This document shows, piece by piece, positions 56,665 through 64,000 of a DNA stretch of 64,000 nucleotides (positions are counted from its first letter, which is position 1; each line of letters begins with the position of its first letter). The notes under the pieces are model-generated. The model did no database searches. It was not told the origin of the DNA and worked only from the letters and a program-made list of their open reading frames with translations. The position numbers and the translations under genes were made by a program. Origin of the DNA: a virus (taxonomy: Duplodnaviria; Caudoviricetes); the IMG/VR virus record IMGVR_UViG_3300025715_000009, positions 224,001 to 288,000 of that record, one strand, 5' to 3'.

Positions 56665-58164
56665 TTATCCGCGTCCTTGTCCAGAATCTACAATATTTCC
56701 ATCTGTATCAAAAGCATCAGCAAATGATTCTACATGGACATCACAATATATAAAGTTTCTTGGACGCATATTTCCGAGCCATGCTTTGCTGGTTATAATA
56801 TATAAAATATTGCCCAAATTATTTCTATATAATGGTCCAAAAGCATTTGGCACCTCATCATAACCATCAGTAAAGAATAACAAGAATGGAACATTGGCAT
56901 AATCAAAAGATTCTTTTAACATGTCTCCATATTTGAATTGTTTTGTCTTTAATTTTTTAATTTGTTCTTGGCGATCATTATCTTTTACATAAGTTGTTTC
57001 TATTTCATGTTCAATTTTATATAAATCTTTTTTCTTGTCAATTTCAAATAGTCCAGGTTTTGCTTCATCAAACACAAATTTATTAGATACCAAATTACCG
57101 CGTTTTTCTTCTTTCAAGAAGTGTTGATTTAAGAATTTATATACACAATTTACAGCATTACCGCCACCACCTCTAGGAGCTTTTGGTTTTTTATCGTTTT
57201 TCCATTCACGAATTGGAGTATAAACTCGTGTATCATATTCCAAAAGGAAAACTCTTCCTGGGATACCACCAGATCCTGCTGAATCTGATTTAAAGAAATC
57301 AGCTATTTCTTTAGCCCACCCATATACTAATTCAAATTCTTCATCACCCATTGATCCAGATGTATCTACACATAAAAATAAAATTGCAGATTGTTTATTT
57401 CTATCATCATCTTTTACTTCAACAGGTCTATTGATATCTGATTTACCGCCTTGTGATGCACCAGATAAAATAGAAAGTTGATATGTTTCATCATCCATCA
57501 TTTTTTTAGAAATTTCTTCTTTAAAGGCAGCAAGCTCATGTTTAATTTTATCCATTGGAAGACGTCTTCTTACAATTTTCTTTACATCATCTCTAAACAT
57601 ATTACCTGCAGCACCTTGCCAATTATCTGGATTCTTTTTACCAGATCTTCTTACCATTTTATCATATATTTCACTTAATGCATCATCTAATTTTGAATTA
57701 TCAGATTTATTAGCCATTATTGAGTGATCATCTATTGAATTGATATCGTCTTTTAATCTTTCACCAGTTCCTTTACCCCACTCACCTTTTTTATTTTTAT
57801 CTTCACCTTCTTTACCACCACTTTCTTCACCAGTTTGATCTTCTTCTTTTGGATTACTTGCCTGTTGATCTTGTGATTTTTGGCCTTTTTTATTTTTATT
57901 AGATTGTTTGTCTTGGCTTTGTTGTCCCTGTTGACCTTGCTGACCTTCTTGTCCTTCTTGACCTTCTTGATCTTCTTGACCTTCTTGTCCAACAACTTCA
58001 ATATTTGATGATCCACCTTCACCATCGCCTTGTTGTACATCTTTAGGGCTTTTCAATATAGTTATTTGTTCTGGTTTCCAATGAACATTTAAAAGACCAG
58101 CTTCATTGAGATTGATATATTCTACATTATCTAATTCTTCGGCTAATTTTTTCCAAATACTCAT
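56665..58164 (-). CDS. VWA-like domain protein (C-terminal half of a split DUF2201-type system)
   Basis: DDHS, VDTSGSM, RGGGGN, FFTDGY; Q/E/G-rich linker. Confidence 0.8.
   Translation of the reverse strand: MSIWKKLAEELDNVEYINLNEAGLLNVHWKPEQITILKSPKDVQQGDGEGGSSNIEVVGQEGQEDQEGQEGQEGQQGQQGQQSQDKQSNKNKKGQKSQDQQASNPKEEDQTGEESGGKEGEDKNKKGEWGKGTGERLKDDINSIDDHSIMANKSDNSKLDDALSEIYDKMVRRSGKKNPDNWQGAAGNMFRDDVKKIVRRRLPMDKIKHELAAFKEEISKKMMDDETYQLSILSGASQGGKSDINRPVEVKDDDRNKQSAILFLCVDTSGSMGDEEFELVYGWAKEIADFFKSDSAGSGGIPGRVFLLEYDTRVYTPIREWKNDKKPKAPRGGGGNAVNCVYKFLNQHFLKEEKRGNLVSNKFVFDEAKPGLFEIDKKKDLYKIEHEIETTYVKDNDRQEQIKKLKTKQFKYGDMLKESFDYANVPFLLFFTDGYDEVPNAFGPLYRNNLGNILYIITSKAWLGNMRPRNFIYCDVHVESFADAFDTDGNIVDSGQGRG
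57921..57990 (-). repeat. 9-nt-period coding repeat (GQEGQQGQ)
   Basis: tgaccttct/tgtccttct units; similar tract at 58402-58460. Confidence 0.7.
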
Positions 58165-58173
58165 ATTTCCACC

Positions 58174-59085
58174 TTATGCTATATCTATTGTGTTTTTAAT
58201 AGTAAAATCATTTATTTCTGCTTTTTTGGCTAAAAATGATTTTTTACCTAAAACAATATCTTCTGCTTCTTGTTTTGTTAATGGCTCAATTTGTTTAACA
58301 TTACCACCAACTGTTTTTACAACCCTTCCATATTGTCCATCTGGTCCACGAATAATATCACCTTTTTTAGGTTTTATAATTTCTGATTGTTGATTTCCAC
58401 TCTGACCTTCTTGTCCTTGTTGACCTTCTTGACCTTCTTGTCCTTGTTGACCTTCTTGATCTTGATTTGGATCTCCATCTTGTTTAGCCTTATTTATAAG
58501 ATATTTATAAAGATCAGCAGAATTACCAATTGGAAGATATTCTTTGGGATTAATTTTATCTCTTGGAATGCTCAATGTTTTTTCCATAACTTTGTCTATG
58601 CCATTCATCTGAGCACCTCTATACTCTTTACTCTCCTTCATTAATCCACCATCAACAAATTTTATAGGGATGCCTGCAAATTCACCATCACGATTAGCAT
58701 CTTCATTAATATAAATATCTTCTACTATGTTATTTAAATTATGGTTAGATTTACCAAGATTAAAATTTCTATTACAATGTCCTCTTTTATAATGAGCAAG
58801 TTCATGATATAAAAGGAAAGCAAGTTGAGATATAGTTAGTTGACTATAAAAACCTTTACCAATATAAAATTGTAATCTTCCCTGATACATAGCAACGCCC
58901 ATAGTTGGTTCAGGATGATCTTGGGTTGGTTCCATCCAATAATAATCAGTATAATTTTTTAATAATTCATATGTAACAGGTTCTGAAGCTCTTATATAAA
59001 GAAGAAAATTTGAAAACTTTTCAGGAAGTTGACTTATTCTTTGATCTTCATTTAAGAGCTCTCTTTTTAACTTATCTAAAAACAC
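58174..59085 (-). CDS. Metallopeptidase-like HExxH protein (N-terminal half of split DUF2201-type system)
   Basis: PTMGV, LYHELAH, NIVEDIYIN; QEGQQGQ tract. Confidence 0.8.
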   Translation of the reverse strand: MFLDKLKRELLNEDQRISQLPEKFSNFLLYIRASEPVTYELLKNYTDYYWMEPTQDHPEPTMGVAMYQGRLQFYIGKGFYSQLTISQLAFLLYHELAHYKRGHCNRNFNLGKSNHNLNNIVEDIYINEDANRDGEFAGIPIKFVDGGLMKESKEYRGAQMNGIDKVMEKTLSIPRDKINPKEYLPIGNSADLYKYLINKAKQDGDPNQDQEGQQGQEGQEGQQGQEGQSGNQQSEIIKPKKGDIIRGPDGQYGRVVKTVGGNVKQIEPLTKQEAEDIVLGKKSFLAKKAEINDFTIKNTIDIA

Positions 59086-59086
59086 A

Positions 59087-61894
59087 TTAACCTCTCATGT
59101 TTTCAAACAATGATTTTAATCCCTTTTCAAGAACTATGCTTTCTTTTTGCATATCATTCTCTCTTGGTTGTTCAATTTCCACTGGGACAAACCAATCTTG
59201 TTGAACAGCATGCCATATGCCTTTGAGATAATTTTCTATTTTATTTCCCTTTAAACCAGAAATAAATTCATTGAATTCATCAAGGAATCCAAGCTTCTTA
59301 ATTTTTGATAATTGAACATTAACAAATTTCTTAATACCGTCTTTAAAGTTTTGAGTAAAATTACTTGATCCTCTTTCTTCTTGTAATGATTCACCAAATA
59401 AATCATCTACATCATCTTTACTACCAGCATCATCAAAATTAAAATCCTTAAGATCAATATCATCAAGCTTACTAAGAGCAGCTTTATATTGATCATCATC
59501 TGCAAGAACAGAAGCAAGTGTTCCCAAAAACTCCATTGTTTTTTCATCTTTTGTATCAGCAAGAGCTTGACCAATAGAAATTGCTAATCCAGCAATCTCA
59601 TCACCAGAACACATAGCATCATCAGTGAATCTCCATATATTAGTTGCAAGATACCAATATTCATTTTTGAATCCTAATTTTTTAATATCTATTCCAGTAA
59701 TTTTCTTTTTATAATTCTCAATTGAACCAATTTGAACTAATTTTCTTGGAATTTCATCAAGAATAATATCTTTGGCTGATCTTGCTACTTGTTCTAATTC
59801 TGCTAATTTATCTTCATCTTTATTATATTTTAAGGCAGTTTCAACATGTTTTAAGAGAACTTGTTCTGTGTCTCCTAAAACCATTTCTTTTTGTGTTTTA
59901 CCATGAGCTGCTTCAATATCTGCAAGTATATTCTTGCCACCTTTCATTAATGATGCTTCAATGATCTTTAAATATCTTTGATGACCTTGATTCATCATTA
60001 AATAATATGCTTGTGGAGATGGAAGAGGTCTCTTTGTCCATTTTTTCTCTTCTGCATTATATATTGGAACTTCTTCTTTTTTATAATTTTTTTCATACCA
60101 TTCTTTTGGTAGTGTTTTGGATGTTCCAACAGGAGTTACGAGATTATCATTTTCCCAGTCCTGAAGAGCAGCCATAGATACGTTTTTAGAAATACGATCA
60201 ATAAGACGTGGGTTAATTTTAACAGGAGTTCCAGTTTGATATGATTCAAGAGAAGTTCTTTGATATTGACCTTCTTCCATACCATTACGAATAACATAGT
60301 TAAGCCATAATGCAGGTGGAATCATTTGCTTCCACTTCTTGGCCAACTCTGGAGTTAATTCAAAATTCTTATGTTTTACTTCCCATTCAGTTGAATCAGA
60401 TGGATTGAAATCTGGTTCTTCTCCTTCTGAAGGAAGAGATGTCATACTACCCATAATGTGAGAAACAGAATCATTAATCTTGCCTTGAACTTTTACAATA
60501 AAACTGAAACGAGTAAGAATAGCACCAGTAATTTTGGATACTTCTTCACCATCTGAATCATCTGAACCACCTTTGCCACCAAGGTTTGATGTAGCTGAAA
60601 CAATTGTTTTTAATGGAAGGAAGTAAATTGTTCCAATTGCTCCAGTTAGTAATAAGTTCATAACTGCAGACATTTTTTTATCTGTTCTTGAGAATTCATC
60701 TAATGCTAATAGCCATGGGTCTTTATTTCCTGGATCAGGTAATACACCCTTTACAGGAACAAGTTCGACAATTGTTTTTTCTGTACGAGATACTTTTTCT
60801 CCATCTGCTTCAACAATTATTTCTTTTTCTTGAACACCATTATACTCTTCATTCTTTGATCCTTCAAATCTATATCCCATAGATTGAAGTTTTTGTTTTA
60901 CTGGAGAATATGATTTATCCCATACTCCAGTTAAAGATCTTTTAAGATATATTGCTTGTAATGTTGTAAGCGCTGCTTGCTCTGGTGAATCTTCAATTTC
61001 ATCAGCTACACTTGCATCGCCTGTAAGTATTTTTTGAACATAATTATATTTTTTGTTGGCTTTTTCAAGATCTTCTTCTTTACCCTCGAATAGCATGTTT
61101 CCAATTTGTACAACTTTAGAATCATTGACAGATTTACCTCTTCCTGTTTCAGTATTATATACTGTTTGAGAAACAGGCATACCACCAAAGATTTCTGTAT
61201 AAATAGAAGCTACTTCAATTGCTTTATATCTTGCGCCAATCATTTTTGCTACTTGAGTTCCGATTGCTGTTTTTGCTTCACCAGGAGAACCGAATACGAG
61301 AATTGAAGGGATGAATTGGGTTTGACGAGTTCTAAATTTTACTTGGAAAGCAAGGCGTCCAAACAATTGCTTCATTTGTTCGACTGTAATTGTGCCTTCT
61401 GGTTTGCCTTCATATGATTGCTTGTATTTTTTATCAATTTTTGTATCTTTTAATTGACCACCAAGACCAAACATATGTTTCATAGCACCAGATTTATCTG
61501 CTTTTACTTCTTCTTCTTCACCAGTATCAAAAGCATCTGGATTTATACCATCATCTGCTTCTGTTAATTTGGTTTTTAATTCATCAAATATAGATTCATT
61601 AGCAACACCTAATTTTGTTCCATTAGTAAAACCAAATCCATAAAATCTAAGCCCACCACTATTTTGTTCAGTAATGTGAAATCTTTCAACACCAGCAGAG
61701 TCAGTAATACCCATCTCACTATCACTTTTTTTGAATATACCAAATACTTTATTTCCAAGTTTTACAATTGATGTTTTAACTGCACCATAAACAGATTTAA
61801 TTTTTTGGATAAGACCACCAGCTATCTCTTTTAACCCTTCATCGAGATTCTGCTGATCTTCCAAGTTTTCATTTAAAAACTTTCCAAGATCCAT
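59087..61894 (-). CDS. Large MoxR-like AAA+ ATPase (935 aa) with insertions
   Basis: Walker A GSPGEAKT, GGMP, Walker B LALDEFSR, ATSNLG, AILTRF. Confidence 0.8.
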   Translation of the reverse strand: MDLGKFLNENLEDQQNLDEGLKEIAGGLIQKIKSVYGAVKTSIVKLGNKVFGIFKKSDSEMGITDSAGVERFHITEQNSGGLRFYGFGFTNGTKLGVANESIFDELKTKLTEADDGINPDAFDTGEEEEVKADKSGAMKHMFGLGGQLKDTKIDKKYKQSYEGKPEGTITVEQMKQLFGRLAFQVKFRTRQTQFIPSILVFGSPGEAKTAIGTQVAKMIGARYKAIEVASIYTEIFGGMPVSQTVYNTETGRGKSVNDSKVVQIGNMLFEGKEEDLEKANKKYNYVQKILTGDASVADEIEDSPEQAALTTLQAIYLKRSLTGVWDKSYSPVKQKLQSMGYRFEGSKNEEYNGVQEKEIIVEADGEKVSRTEKTIVELVPVKGVLPDPGNKDPWLLALDEFSRTDKKMSAVMNLLLTGAIGTIYFLPLKTIVSATSNLGGKGGSDDSDGEEVSKITGAILTRFSFIVKVQGKINDSVSHIMGSMTSLPSEGEEPDFNPSDSTEWEVKHKNFELTPELAKKWKQMIPPALWLNYVIRNGMEEGQYQRTSLESYQTGTPVKINPRLIDRISKNVSMAALQDWENDNLVTPVGTSKTLPKEWYEKNYKKEEVPIYNAEEKKWTKRPLPSPQAYYLMMNQGHQRYLKIIEASLMKGGKNILADIEAAHGKTQKEMVLGDTEQVLLKHVETALKYNKDEDKLAELEQVARSAKDIILDEIPRKLVQIGSIENYKKKITGIDIKKLGFKNEYWYLATNIWRFTDDAMCSGDEIAGLAISIGQALADTKDEKTMEFLGTLASVLADDDQYKAALSKLDDIDLKDFNFDDAGSKDDVDDLFGESLQEERGSSNFTQNFKDGIKKFVNVQLSKIKKLGFLDEFNEFISGLKGNKIENYLKGIWHAVQQDWFVPVEIEQPRENDMQKESIVLEKGLKSLFENMRG

Positions 61895-61914
61895 TTTTGT
61901 TTCTCCTGTATGAA

Positions 61915-61943
61915 AATTCCTCCCTCTTCAAGAGGGAGGAATT
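61915..61943 (-). terminator. Hairpin (terminator/attenuator) between the 193-aa gene and the large AAA gene
   Basis: AATTCCTCCCTCTT-c-AAGAGGGAGGAATT. Confidence 0.7.
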
Positions 61944-61956
61944 ATTGTGAATTGTT

Positions 61957-62538
61957 TTATTTAAGGAAGGAAGCTGCTCCACCTTCTGCTTTTGGTGCAA
62001 CAACTGCTACGCACTTTTCTAATAGATCGGCAAATTTAAGACCAGTAAGTTTTTTGCTAACTTTCCAGTTTGCGTCTTTGAGTAATTCAGTCCAACCTTC
62101 TACATTGCCTAATGCTTCTTCTTCAAGAACCTTACCACTAAGAATTTCTTCTGCAAGATTCATATATTTTTCAATTTCTCTTGCTTCACTTGTTTGTGCT
62201 TTTGGTTCTTCTTTTCCTGCTCTCTTTCTAAGAGCAGCAGCAGCTGCCTTATCTTCTGCTGAACCAAGTGATTGACCCTTTCCAAACTTCATGACATAGA
62301 TGTCCCAAGAATCTGGGTTATTTTCTCTAATAACAAGAAGTGAGTTCTTGGCACTACCAAAACCACCCGCACCACTCTTTACATCAGCAGCACTTGAACC
62401 TTTTGGTTGTGGGATATATGCCCATTTTGCACCTTGTACGGCTTGAGCAAATGTTTCTCCACCACTTGAACCAGCATCTTCTGCTTCGTTGATAATCATA
62501 TCAGCGTTCTCTTCAAGACCTTCTAAGAAATCTCTCAT
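61957..62538 (-). CDS. Hypothetical protein, possible abundant internal head protein
   Basis: MRDFLEGLEENADMIINEA N-terminus; SD AGGAGGT; CAAGATAA motif upstream. Confidence 0.7.
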   Translation of the reverse strand: MRDFLEGLEENADMIINEAEDAGSSGGETFAQAVQGAKWAYIPQPKGSSAADVKSGAGGFGSAKNSLLVIRENNPDSWDIYVMKFGKGQSLGSAEDKAAAAALRKRAGKEEPKAQTSEAREIEKYMNLAEEILSGKVLEEEALGNVEGWTELLKDANWKVSKKLTGLKFADLLEKCVAVVAPKAEGGAASFLK

Positions 62539-62599
62539 TTAATACCTCCTAAAGTATATATTTATATAAGATTATCTTGTGTAATTTCATAGAAATGTT

Positions 62600-62767
62600 T
62601 TAAACAATTTCTTTTTCTTCTAAATAAGCAATCTCTTCAGGTGTTAATTCATAATACAACTCTTCTAATTTAGCAAGAGCTTCATCTTGTAAATTAGGAT
62701 CAAGACCATCTTCTTCACTAATTTCATAAAATTTGAGGTACAGTTTTAGATTGCGTGTTAGTTGCAT
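62600..62767 (-). CDS. Small acidic protein (55 aa)
   Basis: Not in track; AGGAG SD, MQLTRNLKLYLKFYEISEEDGLDPNLQDEALAKLEELYYELTPEEIAYLEEKEIV. Confidence 0.6.
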   Translation of the reverse strand: MQLTRNLKLYLKFYEISEEDGLDPNLQDEALAKLEELYYELTPEEIAYLEEKEIV

Positions 62768-62814
62768 AATATGTCTCCTATACCAATATCTTGTATAAAA
62801 AAGTTAAAAAAATA

Positions 62815-62842
62815 AAAAAAAGACGCTATTTAATAGCGTCTT
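62815..62842 (-). terminator. Intrinsic terminator of tmRNA
   Basis: AAGACGCTAT/ATAGCGTCTT stem plus T-run directly after the tmRNA 3' end. Confidence 0.8.
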
Positions 62843-62843
62843 A

Positions 62844-63114
62844 TGGAGCTGCAGGCAATGACGCCTGGTCCAGAATATAAACACATAATATGCAAATAGT
62901 TTTTACAAGAACTTATTAATCTTGTGCAATTTATTGTTTTTCATGACAAATCAGCTAAAAGTCATTATCTATTTATTAAAGCTGCATTCAGGAAAATAGA
63001 AAACCTATAAATGCAGGTAAAGCAGCAATTAAGCTGCGAGTGCAAAATTGTCGTTTATTTAAACAAAACTTTTATTATGTGTTTTATCTACTCTGTCGAA
63101 ATCTTTTCAGCCCC
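62844..63114 (-). ncRNA. ssrA: tmRNA (SsrA), compact; tag (A)DNFALAA
   Basis: 5' GGGGCTGAAAAGATTTCGAC; 3' GGAC-CAGGC..GCCTG-CAGCTCCA; 7-bp acceptor stem with G3:U; long helix 2; TAAAC-GAC AAT TTT GCA CTC GCA GCT TAA tag frame. Confidence 0.92.
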
Positions 63115-63229
63115 CTGTAATAATTTTTTTGCTTGATAATATAAAATAAAATCTTCTTTTTTCATTTTATACAACTTTACTAAATCAGTTAAATGTGATT
63201 TTTGTTTTATTTTATTTTTATTTTTCCAT

Positions 63230-63484
63230 TTATTCATAACTTTCCCACTCAGAACAAAAATACTCAGAACATATAATTGGTCTATATTTATAAATAGTGC
63301 ATCTAAATGTTTTTGGGTCAGTAAATATACAAAATCTTACTGGTCCAATCGTTTGAGTTCGCTGTGGATATTTTTCAGTCAACTCTTTTGAACTGATGTT
63401 CATATTGTTTGCTATTTCTATCCAATCATTATCATCTAATATATAAATAGCACAACATTTAGCAGCACATGTTGAACATTTCAT
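63230..63484 (-). CDS. YkgJ-like CxxCxxCC metal-binding protein
   Basis: CSTCAAKCC...CIF....RCTIYKYRPIICSEYFC. Confidence 0.8.
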   Translation of the reverse strand: MKCSTCAAKCCAIYILDDNDWIEIANNMNISSKELTEKYPQRTQTIGPVRFCIFTDPKTFRCTIYKYRPIICSEYFCSEWESYE

Positions 63485-63678
63485 AACATAGAACCTGTTG
63501 GCGAAAAATTAACAGGCAATGATTTACCTCCGGTATTAAATTTATTACAGCAATATATATGCCTTTTACATTTCTTATATTGTCCATTACAAAATTTTAT
63601 ATACCAAGGAGATTTTTCATCTTTAACATATTTTTGAACAAATAAACAATTATCAAACCTATCACAACTTGCTTGCAT
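63481..63678 (-). CDS. Small Cys-rich hypothetical protein
   Basis: C....C.F...FC......C.R...P.NFSPTG. Confidence 0.6.
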   Translation of the reverse strand: MQASCDRFDNCLFVQKYVKDEKSPWYIKFCNGQYKKCKRHIYCCNKFNTGGKSLPVNFSPTGSML

Positions 63679-63985
63679 AAATATAGCCTTTTACAAAAGA
63701 AATTTCAAACCCATCAGGGTTATTAAAAACTGTGGTTATCATCTTATGATAAGCTTCATTTTGTATTTTTTTAGTATTTAACCATTTATAACCTATTTCT
63801 ATTTTTGAACGACTTATTCTTGTTGTATATATTTTATTAACCTCAGGATCATAAAAGATTAATTCAGTACCATATCGACTATCTGGCATTACTTCTCTTA
63901 TTGAAAGACAAAAAAGTAATTTTCCTTTCATGGTTAAAAAATCTTGATTGATATATTTTTTATAATCCATTAAATAATGCCTCAA
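63662..63985 (-). CDS. Small hypothetical protein, C-terminal 'xxIF' helix family
   Basis: YHKMITTVFNN. Confidence 0.55.
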   Translation of the reverse strand: MRHYLMDYKKYINQDFLTMKGKLLFCLSIREVMPDSRYGTELIFYDPEVNKIYTTRISRSKIEIGYKWLNTKKIQNEAYHKMITTVFNNPDGFEISFVKGYIYASKL

Positions 63986-64000
63986 TTATTTTGTGTAAAT

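Noticed and set aside
62844-62872. tRNA-Ala gene
   Set aside because: No anticodon arm; the acceptor and T arms belong to the tmRNA
1-64000. Stop-codon reassignment, as seen in some large phages
   Set aside because: Genes tile densely and end-to-end under the standard code, and TAA, TGA and TAG all act as stops

Overview
AT-rich segment of a large myovirus-like (jumbo-type) phage genome, almost all on the minus strand, with one plus-strand island at about 41.4-45.1 kb. The left half (1-33.8 kb) is a contractile-tail module: gp6- and gp25-like baseplate wedges, fibre/adhesin proteins of 761, 2090 and 1318 aa, spike, LysM-like wedge protein, tube-like protein, tape measure, hub and a gp2-like end protector. 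Two enzyme clusters sit inside it. One is an FSA-like aldolase with KdsA and KdsB (CMP-Kdo-type pathway). The other is a radical-SAM 'CXXX-repeat' modification system whose target is a 309-aa, 44-Cys protein with a fibre-like N-terminus. This is the strongest candidate for an undescribed system: RiPP-type chemistry applied to a virion tail component. The right half carries nucleases (HNH, PD-(D/E)XK, RuvC-like, NucS-like), Tmk, an SLT, a STAS-Zn-ribbon protein, a stand-alone Csx15-like protein, I78-like protease inhibitors, two MoxR-like AAA+/VWA/metallopeptidase systems and a compact 271-nt tmRNA that appears to lack PK1. A recurrent intergenic AAGATAA motif behaves like a phage promoter. All family assignments come from motif recognition by eye; no database searches were run.
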